Below, piece by piece: positions 9,091-19,121 of a DNA stretch of 64,000 nucleotides. Each line of letters begins with the position of its first letter. Position 1 is the first letter of the stretch. The stretch comes from a virus. The translations under genes were made by a program, and so were the position numbers. The DNA lies in IMG/VR virus record IMGVR_UViG_3300020401_001540, positions 8,865-72,864 of that record; one strand, written 5' to 3'. A model generated the notes under the pieces. It was given only the letters and a program-made list of their open reading frames with translations. It was not told the DNA's origin and did not search any database.

Positions 9091-10163
9091 AGCATATGAT
9101 CCTTCAACAAATTCCAACTATGTTTTCCCATAAGTCCTTGATGTCCATTCTCACTGTAAAAATATATATCATTTACAGCCTCCTCTTTATTCTCTTTGTA
9201 ATAATCCCAATACTTTCCTTTCCTAGTATTACACGAATATAATGCCTTTATCCATTTATGTATTCCTGTATATGTTTTATTAATCAATCTGTTATATGCA
9301 TCAGGCTTGTCCTCCAATAAAAGAAAATTTTTGATTCCGCTTTGAGCCGCAAAATTTGCAGTAGCATTTAAAGGTTCTATAAATCCTGCACTCAAACCTA
9401 AAAATAAAACATTATCTTTCCAAGCCTGCTCTGGTATTCTAGTTTCAAATTTGATTACGTTTTCATGTTTAATTCCTGTTGTGTTTTCAAATTCTTTTAT
9501 TGCATTGTTAATAGAAATGTATTTAGAACTAAAAACATAACCGTAACTTAATCTTGTTTGTAAACTTATACTCCATAACCACCCATTGCTTAGAGCTTGT
9601 GATTTAGTGTAAGGAATATATTTGCTTTGAGCATTACCAATCACTGCATAGTCATTTATAAGGAAATCACTTTTATGATGCACTAAACCTACTTGATCAG
9701 AAAGCACACCGTTTTGTCCTGTAGCATCAACATAAAACTCATCTTTATTATATTGATCTTTTGTAAATTGGGAATTTACAATTTCGAAATTATCTTGCTG
9801 TTCACACCATTTCTGTATCACTTGACAAAATCCAGGAGCATCTATATGATAAGCATAAGTTTGATGTCTATCCGTTTCTAATGCTTTAGGCTCATTTGCA
9901 GAGTAATAAAGCCAACTATTATTATCTTTCCAACCAGAAAATAATGTCCCGTATTTGAAAAAACCATTTACCTTGTTTAAAAATTCTTGATCTGACATAC
10001 CTATCAATTTAGGTATTTCGTTTATTGTAGGTACAGTAGATTCGCCTATTTTTCTAACGTTTGTATTTGGATCTCTAAATAATGTAACTTGTTTGTTTGC
10101 TTTTAGCAAATACAGACATGCTATCCAAGACGCAGTACCACTTCCAATTACATTAATTTTCAT
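9087..10163 (-). CDS. flavin-dependent (tryptophan) halogenase family protein, compact
   Basis: IGSGTASW FAD motif, IGESTVP, FKYG (conserved Lys), VDATG, GWLWSI (WxWxI) and GLSAGFIEPL. Confidence 0.85.
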   Translation of the reverse strand: MKINVIGSGTASWIACLYLLKANKQVTLFRDPNTNVRKIGESTVPTINEIPKLIGMSDQEFLNKVNGFFKYGTLFSGWKDNNSWLYYSANEPKALETDRHQTYAYHIDAPGFCQVIQKWCEQQDNFEIVNSQFTKDQYNKDEFYVDATGQNGVLSDQVGLVHHKSDFLINDYAVIGNAQSKYIPYTKSQALSNGWLWSISLQTRLSYGYVFSSKYISINNAIKEFENTTGIKHENVIKFETRIPEQAWKDNVLFLGLSAGFIEPLNATANFAAQSGIKNFLLLEDKPDAYNRLINKTYTGIHKWIKALYSCNTRKGKYWDYYKENKEEAVNDIYFYSENGHQGLMGKHSWNLLKDHML

Positions 10164-10680
10164 ACCGCTTCCTTATTTCAAAATATCTATCAACATTTAA
10201 TTTCCAAATACTTTGCCATGAATTGAAAACTTGCTCGTTACAGATCCATTCAACCATCTTACCTCTAGCCATAGCAGAAAAACTATTGTGTATCCTATTC
10301 ATTCTCCCACTGTTATCTCTATCAGTGTTTGTTGTTATGTACAAAGGCTTACCTTGTGCAAATTCTATTTGTAAAGGAAGATGTGCATATATACCCCAAC
10401 TTTGCATTTGATATCTATTGAGTCCTTTTATAGGTCTTGGTGATAATTGAGCACCTCTGTACAATGCTCTATATCCATCCTTGAACGGATGTATACCAGT
10501 CATTGCAATTATATGATTAAAGTCATTGTCATATGTTGCGTACCAAGCACCTTCTTCTAAACACCAATCCCAACGCATTTCTTTTAGACTGCTGTTATTT
10601 TTAAAACCTTTCAAGGAACATTTAAAAATAAATTCTTGCACAGCAGGATTTAATTCTTGCACTCTTTCTGTAGAAATCAT
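10153..10680 (-). CDS. hypothetical protein, possibly GNAT-fold
   Basis: Beta-strand pattern WYATYD..IIAMTGIH..GYRALYR is loosely GNAT-like. Translationally coupled to its neighbours. Confidence 0.4.
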   Translation of the reverse strand: MISTERVQELNPAVQEFIFKCSLKGFKNNSSLKEMRWDWCLEEGAWYATYDNDFNHIIAMTGIHPFKDGYRALYRGAQLSPRPIKGLNRYQMQSWGIYAHLPLQIEFAQGKPLYITTNTDRDNSGRMNRIHNSFSAMARGKMVEWICNEQVFNSWQSIWKLNVDRYFEIRKRYEN

Positions 10681-11297
10681 TTTGCTCTCATTCGCTCAAT
10701 GACTGTCATTACTGTTTTAGGATTAGTTCCTACATTAAGTACAATCATATAAGCATCTTCGCTCCCAGCATTAAACAAATGATGTTGTTTTGCAGTATTA
10801 AGAAAATATGCAGAGCCGTTTTTCCAAGGTAAAATTTTATCTTCTAGCATAAACGTAAACTTAGGATATTCCATATTTCTCATAGGCACAATTATTCTAA
10901 AAGAATGTAAGTCAGTAGATTTGAAATCTCTGTGTGGTGGAAAAAATCCTCCTGGAGGTATTTTTAAGAAGTGTGAACGTCCTACATAAGGTTGCCAATG
11001 TTCGCATAACTTTTTAATTTCAGGATGCTCGTAAACAGGTGTAGGTACATTAATATCCATCTCTGTTGGCATTGATGCAGGATCTTCTGCATAAAAGGAA
11101 TCAAGGTCAGGACGTCCTGACAGACCTCCGTCTAAACTTGTAATACTTAATCCCCAACGATTTATGTTTTTTCTTGGATTATATTTTACGTAGGTAAAAT
11201 TTTCTTCTGTCCATTGCACTATTTTTTTTGGATCTTTTAGTGTGATATCTAGTTCTATAAAATCTCCGTATGTGCATAATGTAACGTATTCTAGCAT
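10677..11297 (-). CDS. 2OG-Fe(II) oxygenase, aspartyl/asparaginyl beta-hydroxylase-like
   Basis: PGGFFPPHRD (HxD) plus NTAKQHHLFN (distal His), consistent with a DSBH pattern. Confidence 0.8.
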   Translation of the reverse strand: MLEYVTLCTYGDFIELDITLKDPKKIVQWTEENFTYVKYNPRKNINRWGLSITSLDGGLSGRPDLDSFYAEDPASMPTEMDINVPTPVYEHPEIKKLCEHWQPYVGRSHFLKIPPGGFFPPHRDFKSTDLHSFRIIVPMRNMEYPKFTFMLEDKILPWKNGSAYFLNTAKQHHLFNAGSEDAYMIVLNVGTNPKTVMTVIERMRAK

Positions 11298-11315
11298 TAA
11301 CCTCTCCTGATATTA

Positions 11316-11322
11316 TACTTAT
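11316..11322 (-). promoter_or_regulatory. late promoter variant ATAAGTA
   Basis: Upstream of the oxygenase start at 11297, with an AGGAGAGG RBS. Confidence 0.45.
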
Positions 11323-11359
11323 TTGGTTTCAACAACAAATTTTTGCATTATGGCACGTA

Positions 11360-11366
11360 ATAAATA
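11360..11366 (+). promoter_or_regulatory. late promoter core ATAAATA
   Basis: Upstream of the AAGGAG RBS and GTG start at 11392. Confidence 0.55.
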
Positions 11367-11391
11367 TGTATAACGAATCAAGGAGACTATT

Positions 11392-12378
11392 GTGGGTAAT
11401 AAATTTGGCAAAAGTAAAAAGTTTGGTGAAAGTGTAGAAGAAGGGAGAGGTGAATCCTGGACTAGAATTTGCCGTATTGCCTATGGGTTTAATGTAAAAG
11501 ATAAAACAAGAGACACTGCTATAAAGCACATGTTCTATAACTGGGACCAAGAGATGGAAGTTATACGCAATATGCAAAAGTGTCAGCGTAATTGGGATTA
11601 TAGCCAACCTGTACATCCTGAAACTATTGATTATCTACTATGGCACGCAGAAAATGCTCCATCAAAACAACACGAAGCATACTACGATGTATACTGGACA
11701 GCAGACAGAAAAGTAATTGAAGAATGTTCAAAGTATACCTGGGGATCAACACACACTAGAACTCCGCCTTCAACATGGCGTAACACACAAGCTAATGCTA
11801 ACTTGTACATACTTTTTGTAGCAAAGCAACCTGAAACACAACAAAACTGTAATAGTGACGGAACATTAAAAGATAACAAACATCATGCACGTTGGGAAAA
11901 TTCTTATGTCAGTATAGGTATTGCTATGGGACTTGTTATGAGAGCCGCAAATAGTTTAGGACTTGCAACAGGCTGTAATAAAAGTCATGGAGACCTAAAT
12001 GGCAATATGTTCTGGGAAAAGAAACTAGGAATAGAACAAGATGTGTTGGATGGTAAGAAAAAAATTGCCTATGGAATAGGAATAGGTACTCCACAAGAAG
12101 GTAGACCAAGATGGGAAACTGATGATTATGAATTAGCAATTGGTTCAGGTAACGGAAGTCATCTTACCACACTAGACGAAAGTCATCCTGACTGGACAGA
12201 AAGGCGTCAACTTCCTGCACCTTGGGACAAAAAGTTTAATAAAATTAAAATTGTAGACATAAGAACCACAGATAAAGCAACTGATCCTTATGGTGTAGAA
12301 CACAAAATACCAAGCGAATCTTCTATCAAAGTAAACACTATAAGGAAGAGAATAATCAACGTAACGGAAATAAAGTAA
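11392..12378 (+). CDS. nitroreductase-fold (FMN) protein
   Basis: QKCQRNWD, ENAPSKQ, IGIAMG...ANSLGLATGC and GIGIG. Confidence 0.75.
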   Translation: MGNKFGKSKKFGESVEEGRGESWTRICRIAYGFNVKDKTRDTAIKHMFYNWDQEMEVIRNMQKCQRNWDYSQPVHPETIDYLLWHAENAPSKQHEAYYDVYWTADRKVIEECSKYTWGSTHTRTPPSTWRNTQANANLYILFVAKQPETQQNCNSDGTLKDNKHHARWENSYVSIGIAMGLVMRAANSLGLATGCNKSHGDLNGNMFWEKKLGIEQDVLDGKKKIAYGIGIGTPQEGRPRWETDDYELAIGSGNGSHLTTLDESHPDWTERRQLPAPWDKKFNKIKIVDIRTTDKATDPYGVEHKIPSESSIKVNTIRKRIINVTEIK

Positions 12379-13076
12379 TGCAAACTAGATTACTAGCCTA
12401 TGGGTGTAGTAATACATTTGGTGAAGGTTTAGATGATGTCTGGCATCATGATCCTAATTTAAAGTATGGTAGCAATAGCATGAAACCTAGTCGCTACGCT
12501 TGGCCTCGAGAACTAGGCAAACTTATGAACTTTGATGAAGTTCATAATCACGCCGAAGGTGGTGCATCAAATAAGAAAATATGGCTTAATATTTTACAAA
12601 CAAAAATAGATCCTATTACAGATACTGTAGTTGTACAATGGACATTTGTTGCTAGATGGACAATTTTTTATGATGATGGTTCTAGTGAAAGATTTTTACC
12701 AAATGATATTGATAACAAAGAAGGTAAAATGAGAATGTCTAAAGGTATAGCGTTACAAAAGATAAAAGATGAAAAAACAAATAGGACTGAAGCTTGGTAT
12801 GGAAATTTTCATAGTGACATAGATGCCATTCTAGACACTTATTGTAGAATATCACATATCAAACATTATCTTGATAATAAAGGTGTGAGAAATTTTCATT
12901 TTATAAACGATAAAAGATGGGCGTGGCAAAGTGATTCCCAATTGATAGATCCAAAAATTTGTAAATGTTTATTGTTTAAAAAAGAACATGGCGTAGCACT
13001 AGACGGAATGCATCCTAGTAGAAAAGCACATAAGAAGTATGCTCAAGCAATTTATGAACATATGAGATCATCATGA
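12378..13076 (+). CDS. SGNH/GDSL hydrolase-like protein
   Basis: GCSNTFG block I, GASN block II and DGMHP block V. Confidence 0.75.
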   Translation: MQTRLLAYGCSNTFGEGLDDVWHHDPNLKYGSNSMKPSRYAWPRELGKLMNFDEVHNHAEGGASNKKIWLNILQTKIDPITDTVVVQWTFVARWTIFYDDGSSERFLPNDIDNKEGKMRMSKGIALQKIKDEKTNRTEAWYGNFHSDIDAILDTYCRISHIKHYLDNKGVRNFHFINDKRWAWQSDSQLIDPKICKCLLFKKEHGVALDGMHPSRKAHKKYAQAIYEHMRSS

Positions 13077-13705
13077 ATAGATTAGTAGCCTTTGGTTGTA
13101 GTCACACTTACGGCGAAGGTTTAAAGGATTGTTGGGTTAATGGGAAAGCAGGAAAACTTCCAAGCAAATATGCATGGCCTCAACTACTTGCAGATAGATT
13201 GAAAAGGAAGTGTTTTAATAAAGGTATGGAGGGTGCCTCTAATAAATTTATTTGGCATAAAATTTTAAACACAGAATTTACGGACAAAGACATTGTTGTA
13301 ATCTTATGGACATATTATAACCGCACATGTATTTTAGAAAACAAAGATTCATTCCAAAGAATTATGGTAAGTGATGTTGACAATCCTTTTAGACCAGAAC
13401 AAGAAAGATTGTTTGCAAAAAATTATTACGAAAATTATTACACCGACTATGACGTGGTTACACACAGTATAGGATATTTTAATCATATTAAGAGTTACTT
13501 AGATAACCTAAAAGTAAAAAACTTTCATCTAATTAATAAAGAACCTTTTGCAAGGCATCCTATTCCGGAATGGAATCAAGTTGTTTTACATCCTATAGAC
13601 TTGCATTTTGATTTACCTCTCGCCGAAGATAACAAACATCCTGGTGAGCAAGCACATCAATCGATAAGTGATCATGTATATTCTATAATCGACCAATCAA
13701 AGTAA
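13073..13705 (+). CDS. SGNH/GDSL hydrolase-like protein (paralog of the upstream gene)
   Basis: GCSHTYG, GASN and DNKHP. Confidence 0.75.
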   Translation: MNRLVAFGCSHTYGEGLKDCWVNGKAGKLPSKYAWPQLLADRLKRKCFNKGMEGASNKFIWHKILNTEFTDKDIVVILWTYYNRTCILENKDSFQRIMVSDVDNPFRPEQERLFAKNYYENYYTDYDVVTHSIGYFNHIKSYLDNLKVKNFHLINKEPFARHPIPEWNQVVLHPIDLHFDLPLAEDNKHPGEQAHQSISDHVYSIIDQSK

Positions 13706-14360
13706 ATCTTGTACCTCTTGGATCTGGTACTTCATCTTCAATTAATACCTCAGCGTTTTCAGGTAACTGGTCTTTGAACTCTTGTATAGTGTGTACACAA
13801 TTTGTATGTGTAGGTATATCAAACATAGCATTTGATTGAAAAGCAAAGTAAGCTGGCGATACTCTACTCCACCAAGGATTTTTGTACTTGGGCCAAGGTC
13901 CCCATTCCTTCATAGGAGCCATGTGTTCACAAGATGTATTAATAAACAAATCGCATGTCGTATATTGATCTCTGTATTTTTCAAAAACATCACCCGTAAT
14001 AAAATCTATATCGAATCCTTTAAACAATTCATATTTGGCTCGGTATATTACATCAGAATCAACATCGATACAAGTAATTTTTTTTACTTCGTTATAGAAA
14101 GCAGGTATTAAAATACTGCCATACCAACTACCCATTATAACTATTTCCGAATCTTTGTTTAAAAAATTTAAACTTTTAATATGATCAATTAAATTCAATT
14201 TTGATAAAAACTGATTTGAACTGAAACTATCTAACACATCTTTTTGTCTTAGTTGCCTTAGCCTATTCTTATCTGCATCAGGCGTATTTGCAAAGTCACG
14301 CATTTCTTGTGTAACTAAATTATCAATTATTGTTTGTAATTGTTTTACATCTATCGCCAT
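13683..14360 (-). CDS. class I SAM-dependent methyltransferase-like protein
   Basis: VIMGSWYG glycine loop, CIDVD, GDV and INTSCEH. Confidence 0.65.
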   Translation of the reverse strand: MAIDVKQLQTIIDNLVTQEMRDFANTPDADKNRLRQLRQKDVLDSFSSNQFLSKLNLIDHIKSLNFLNKDSEIVIMGSWYGSILIPAFYNEVKKITCIDVDSDVIYRAKYELFKGFDIDFITGDVFEKYRDQYTTCDLFINTSCEHMAPMKEWGPWPKYKNPWWSRVSPAYFAFQSNAMFDIPTHTNCVHTIQEFKDQLPENAEVLIEDEVPDPRGTRFTLIGRL

Positions 14361-15097
14361 TTTACTACATCCTGTATTGGTGGTTTACGATCTGTTCCTT
14401 TATTATCATGGTCTATTAGCCATTGGTATCTATAATATTCTCCGTATCCTATTGACATAATAGAATGAACTTTTGCCAATTGATTTTCGTTGTCATACCA
14501 CAACCAAGGCGTGTCTTTCCATTTATAGGGTCTTTTAGGAAGGCATGCACAATATGATACATCAATTCCTTGTTCTAAACATAAAACTGTTAAGGCTTGT
14601 GCAAATAAACCAACTTCAAAGCTAGTGCTTTCTGCTATGTGCTCTACTTTATCTACTTCACATTGTTCGGCATAATGGCCTTCTACTCTTACTTTTTCCT
14701 TGTAAAACTCATTAGGCTCAGGTACAACTCTTGAAGCAAATACTATCAAGTGTGAATTTTCTAATACGTGTGCATATGAGGGATTAATTTCAAACTTATA
14801 TTCTACCTTCATTTTAGGATTAGCTTTTGTGTCTACTTCAAGACCTTTCTCATCATAACGAATGTGATTACCTACTACTTTGTCATATATAATTTTTTTT
14901 CTTTTATCACCAGGACCCAAAACGTTTACAGTATATGGCATAAAATTATTCTTTGATGGAGAAACTTTCCATGCTTTATAGAGTATTTTTGATAAAACAT
15001 CATCAGATACATTTTTGTCACTGTATCTTAACACATGATGTCTTTTTTCCAATGTAGTGAGTATGTCTTTTTTCTTACTCATTTTTTCATACTCCAA
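14351..15097 (-). CDS. nitroreductase-fold protein
   Basis: KRHHVLRY, SPSKNNFMPY, EVGLF...GIDVSY and SIGYG. Confidence 0.75.
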   Translation of the reverse strand: MEYEKMSKKKDILTTLEKRHHVLRYSDKNVSDDVLSKILYKAWKVSPSKNNFMPYTVNVLGPGDKRKKIIYDKVVGNHIRYDEKGLEVDTKANPKMKVEYKFEINPSYAHVLENSHLIVFASRVVPEPNEFYKEKVRVEGHYAEQCEVDKVEHIAESTSFEVGLFAQALTVLCLEQGIDVSYCACLPKRPYKWKDTPWLWYDNENQLAKVHSIMSIGYGEYYRYQWLIDHDNKGTDRKPPIQDVVKWR

Positions 15098-16557
15098 TCA
15101 TTTATCACTAACATATCTAAATCAGTTTTATTAAAAGTTTCAATTGCATCTTGTGGTGTTTCAACAATAGGCTCTTGACAGTTAAAACTTGTATTCAGGA
15201 CCATAGGAATTCCTGTAAGTTTATAAAATTCATTTATTAGATCGTAATATAGTTCATTTTCCGATCTCTTGACTGTTTGTATTCTAGCAGTGCCGTCAAT
15301 ATGAGTTACGCCTGGAATCTCGCCAGATGTCACTGGCATAATTCTTGACATGTATGGACTTGGCTGGTTAGTATCAAAATAATCTTGATAATGTTCATAT
15401 AACACACTTGGTGCAAATGGTCTAAAGTCTTCACGTTTTTTAATCTTACTGTTGATTACATCTTTGATATTTGGATTCCTCGGATCTGCTAGTATGCTTC
15501 TATTTCCTAATGCACGGTTGCCGCTTTCGCTTTTACCTTGAAACCAACCCACTATTTTTCCATCAGCAATAGCTTGTGCAACTTCCTTCATATCTAATTT
15601 GTTTTTACCTTTGTACTCATATTCTTTGCCTGCATACACTGTTGGTATATGTACTTCGCCTTCTAAAAAATATTTGGCATGCATATATGTGCCTAGTGCT
15701 TGTCCTTCATCTCCTACCGCAGGAGGCACATGTACATTCTTATAATGTTTTGTAAGTTCTTCGTTCATATATCCGTTATATGCTACGCCGCCAGCTACAC
15801 ATATATTTTCGCTTGACTTCAACGGATAGACAAATTGTTTTACCAAATCAATAGTAACTTTCTGTAGTGTAAATGCAATATCTTCTCTAGCTACTCGTTC
15901 TATTACCTTATGTGAGAATTTAGGCAACGTGTGATTAGGATCCATTAGATATGCTTCTATCATTGCGTGGGCTCTGTGATTGTATGCGCCATAACCTGCT
16001 AGTCCCATTACCTTTCCTGCATCTAAATATTTGAAGCCTATATCCTGAGATAATCTATTCCATAAACCACCAATTGGTATTTTTTTACTCAGATCAGTAA
16101 TATCTCCTTGGGAATTAATAAAGATACAACTAAATTTCCAACCTCTTCCGTCTATAGCAAGAACATCAGATTGTTCATAGCCACTGCTTAATAGTGCGTA
16201 AGTGCCGTGTGATTGATGGTGATCAATGTAATATACATTGTCACGATAGTATGGTTCCCAAATATTTCTTGGCTTGAATTTTGTAAATTCTTGATCAACA
16301 AAATGCTCATTAATAAGTTCTTCAACAAATTGATATCCTAAATTGGATATTGTAAATGCAAATTGATTATCTGCGTCTCTTGATTTATACTTTGGTAATA
16401 CATGTTCCATAAAAAATTGTTTACTAGGATTAGGATCGTGCGGCCAATCATAATTTAAATTATGCTTGCGTCTGTTATGACGTTCTATTTGATTATGAAA
16501 CGTGCCATCATATGTGTTATGGTCATGTATGTTTAGTGCTACTGAATAAATGTTCAT
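15079..16557 (-). CDS. carbamoyltransferase (NodU/CmcH/TobZ family)
   Basis: HHQSH, DGRG, GKVMGLAGYG, AGGVAYN, GNRALGNRSILADPR, REDFRPFAPSV and LNTSFN. Confidence 0.93.
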   Translation of the reverse strand: MNIYSVALNIHDHNTYDGTFHNQIERHNRRKHNLNYDWPHDPNPSKQFFMEHVLPKYKSRDADNQFAFTISNLGYQFVEELINEHFVDQEFTKFKPRNIWEPYYRDNVYYIDHHQSHGTYALLSSGYEQSDVLAIDGRGWKFSCIFINSQGDITDLSKKIPIGGLWNRLSQDIGFKYLDAGKVMGLAGYGAYNHRAHAMIEAYLMDPNHTLPKFSHKVIERVAREDIAFTLQKVTIDLVKQFVYPLKSSENICVAGGVAYNGYMNEELTKHYKNVHVPPAVGDEGQALGTYMHAKYFLEGEVHIPTVYAGKEYEYKGKNKLDMKEVAQAIADGKIVGWFQGKSESGNRALGNRSILADPRNPNIKDVINSKIKKREDFRPFAPSVLYEHYQDYFDTNQPSPYMSRIMPVTSGEIPGVTHIDGTARIQTVKRSENELYYDLINEFYKLTGIPMVLNTSFNCQEPIVETPQDAIETFNKTDLDMLVINDWSMKK

Positions 16558-17390
16558 TGTTCTAATGCTATTTTTTCTAAAATTTCTAATCTACGTTTTG
16601 CAGGTCTTGGTGGAATAATATCCATACAAATTTTACAATAACTTTCAAATTGAAACAAATCAAAATTCATCATTTTATCTATGTTTTCTTTTGTAACGTC
16701 AAAGGCTCTTGAGCCATTAATTACCTTTCTACTGCAATGTCTTATCTTTTGAATTTCAAAATCAATTACAGGAACCAAAGGGAACTTTGCACATACCCTT
16801 CTGTCTAGTTCCGGTGCTTGTACCATTTCGTGATCACTAAAAAAGTCAGGAGATCTTGAATTGTATTCTTTGAATTCTGTGTTTTTATGATCAATAATAC
16901 TAAGATCATGTTTATCTCTATATGCAAAATATCCTGGTGTTTCGATTATAAGATTGTAATTATTTAAATCATTAGGCTCAAACCAATCATAGTTTCCTAA
17001 TTTTTCAATTCGGTCTTCATAAAAGTCAAGTATAAGGTGTTCAATATATATAATCTCAGGATCTTCTAATATTTCTGGATAAAACTTCCTAACAAGTGAG
17101 TTTGATAAAACCTGTATTTGAAGATTTTCATACTTTTTTATTTCTGCTATTACTTCATTAAGATTTTTTATAAGTCCAGGTTCGCCTCCCAGTAAACAAA
17201 TTCTAGTCTTGTATGGGCTTAAATACTGGCATGTTCTACGTAGAAAATCCATGTCTACTGTCAAATAACGCATTTCCAATGTCCATGCTGTACAATAGTG
17301 GCATGACTTGTTACAAGACTTTGACAGATAAAAGTCCACTGTAAGATAATCCGAATTCTTCAAATCAGCTAGAGTATTGATTTTTTTCAT
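16554..17390 (-). CDS. radical SAM protein
   Basis: CNKSCHYC, LGGEP, and C-terminal cysteines. Confidence 0.85.
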   Translation of the reverse strand: MKKINTLADLKNSDYLTVDFYLSKSCNKSCHYCTAWTLEMRYLTVDMDFLRRTCQYLSPYKTRICLLGGEPGLIKNLNEVIAEIKKYENLQIQVLSNSLVRKFYPEILEDPEIIYIEHLILDFYEDRIEKLGNYDWFEPNDLNNYNLIIETPGYFAYRDKHDLSIIDHKNTEFKEYNSRSPDFFSDHEMVQAPELDRRVCAKFPLVPVIDFEIQKIRHCSRKVINGSRAFDVTKENIDKMMNFDLFQFESYCKICMDIIPPRPAKRRLEILEKIALEQ

Positions 17391-17395
17391 ACTAA

Positions 17396-17401
17396 TATTT
17401 A
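17396..17401 (-). promoter_or_regulatory. late promoter core TAAATA, 5 nt before ATG
   Basis: Reads GTAAATA-TTAGT-ATG on the minus strand. Confidence 0.5.
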
Positions 17402-18046
17402 CTTTACGATACTGACGATTTCATCAAGAGTTGGCCGGGGGTTCTCCGGATCTTGCCAAGTATAAACTTTACCTTTGCCGATAGTCATTATCATAATAGG
17501 AGTTTCAGTAACGAAAGGTAATGTTTTCCAATTTTCTTTATTATTTCTAAAACATCCTGTATAACAGGAATCAATATTTTTTTGTAAAAGATAATACTGT
17601 AAAGCATTACAAAATAATCCAACTTCAAAACTTGCTATAGAATTAATTGCATCCTGTTTTTTGGGATCCATTTGTTCCGCTACATGGCCTTTATCTAATC
17701 TTTTCTGTTGGCAAACATTTGGTTTTGTAACCAATCGTTGTGTTATGATTAAGGCATAAGAACAATTAGTAATACTATGGTAACTAGGAGGACGGTGCTC
17801 ATATCTTTTAATTAATTGTTCATCGGATAAATTATCAACAGTACCTTCATTTCTAAGACACATGGCATAAAGTTTATCTTTCCATTCTTGGGCATCTGGG
17901 CCTATTACATGTATGCGATAAGGCATAAAGTTTTGTTTAGAGGGAGTAACTTTCCAAGCTTCATTGAACGACTCAGTAACTTCTTTCTCAATGTCAACGC
18001 TATTATCATAGGCATCCACATGTTTTCTGTTTGTAAAAAAGTCCAT
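17399..18046 (-). CDS. nitroreductase-fold protein (paralog of 14351-15097)
   Basis: RKHV, TPSKQNFMPY, FEVGLF and TIGKG. Confidence 0.75.
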   Translation of the reverse strand: MDFFTNRKHVDAYDNSVDIEKEVTESFNEAWKVTPSKQNFMPYRIHVIGPDAQEWKDKLYAMCLRNEGTVDNLSDEQLIKRYEHRPPSYHSITNCSYALIITQRLVTKPNVCQQKRLDKGHVAEQMDPKKQDAINSIASFEVGLFCNALQYYLLQKNIDSCYTGCFRNNKENWKTLPFVTETPIMIMTIGKGKVYTWQDPENPRPTLDEIVSIVK

Positions 18047-18047
18047 C

Positions 18048-19121
18048 TTAAAAACTTTCTTTGACTATTTTTATAATCTTGGCAATTTCTTCTTCTTTAA
18101 GATACGCATGGATAGGTAAAGATAGGACAGTATCAGCAACAAGACTGCTATTTACACAGTCATCTTTTTTGTATTCTATATTTTTGTACATAGAATTATT
18201 TGAAAGTGTAGTTTCATAATGTATACTAGCACCCAACGCATTTTTTATTTTCTTTCTTGTATCTTTGTTTTCTAATCTTATAACGTATTTGTGAAAATTG
18301 TGTTCTTGTTCTTCTATAGGATTTTGTGTGACTATAGGCAGATCTTTAAGTTCTTCGCTATATCTTTTAGCAATGTCTTGCCTTGTTTTTTGTGTGTTTA
18401 ACATGTTTTTCAATCTTTGTTCTATGATCCAAGAATTGAAAACATACATTCTTGAATTATATCCTAACATAGAAAAGTCTTTATCCTTACCGTGACGTCT
18501 TAGTTTTTTGACTAATTCAGCTTTGCTCTCATTATTAGTCATGAACACACCTCCGCCATTTATTCCAGCAACAACTTTATTTGTGTTAAAACTAAAAGAA
18601 CTGCAATGTCCGACACTCCCTGCTTTTGTGCCTTTGAAGCTAGAACCTATGCTTTGTGCGGCATCTTCAATAAAGTAAATTTTGTGTTCCTTACAATACT
18701 CAATAACATCAGTAACGTCAACCATGTTGCCAAAAAGATGTGTATATATGATTGCTTTTGTCTTTTCTGTTTTCATTTTTTTGATACTATCTAAACTTAT
18801 ATGATATGAGTCTAGGTCTATATCACAGAACACAGGAGTTGCACCAACCATACTAATACAAGATGATGTTGATATCCAACTAAAATCAGTGACTAGTACC
18901 TCATCTCCCGGACCTATTCCGTGACTTAATAAACTGAAAGCTAAAGCATCAGTTGCTGTAGCCACCGACACCACATGCGGCCTTCCAGATAGATTTGAAA
19001 TATATTTTTCAAAGTCTTCCGTGTTCTCATAGTTTGTTTGACTCATAAACTTATCAAACAGTTCTGCGTATTCTTTTTTATTTTCTTGGTATTCTCTATC
19101 CCATCCTTCGTATGCAATCAT
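18048..19121 (-). CDS. DegT/DnrJ/EryC1/StrS PLP-dependent sugar aminotransferase
   Basis: ATDAL, GPGDEV, GATPVFCD, IEDAAQSIG, SFNTNK (PLP Lys), GYNSRM and LSLPIH. Confidence 0.93.
   Translation of the reverse strand: MIAYEGWDREYQENKKEYAELFDKFMSQTNYENTEDFEKYISNLSGRPHVVSVATATDALAFSLLSHGIGPGDEVLVTDFSWISTSSCISMVGATPVFCDIDLDSYHISLDSIKKMKTEKTKAIIYTHLFGNMVDVTDVIEYCKEHKIYFIEDAAQSIGSSFKGTKAGSVGHCSSFSFNTNKVVAGINGGGVFMTNNESKAELVKKLRRHGKDKDFSMLGYNSRMYVFNSWIIEQRLKNMLNTQKTRQDIAKRYSEELKDLPIVTQNPIEEQEHNFHKYVIRLENKDTRKKIKNALGASIHYETTLSNNSMYKNIEYKKDDCVNSSLVADTVLSLPIHAYLKEEEIAKIIKIVKESF

Noticed and set aside
11329-11616. 95-aa minus-strand ORF in the divergent region
   Set aside because: It overlaps the RBS-supported nitroreductase start on the opposite strand and has no motif.
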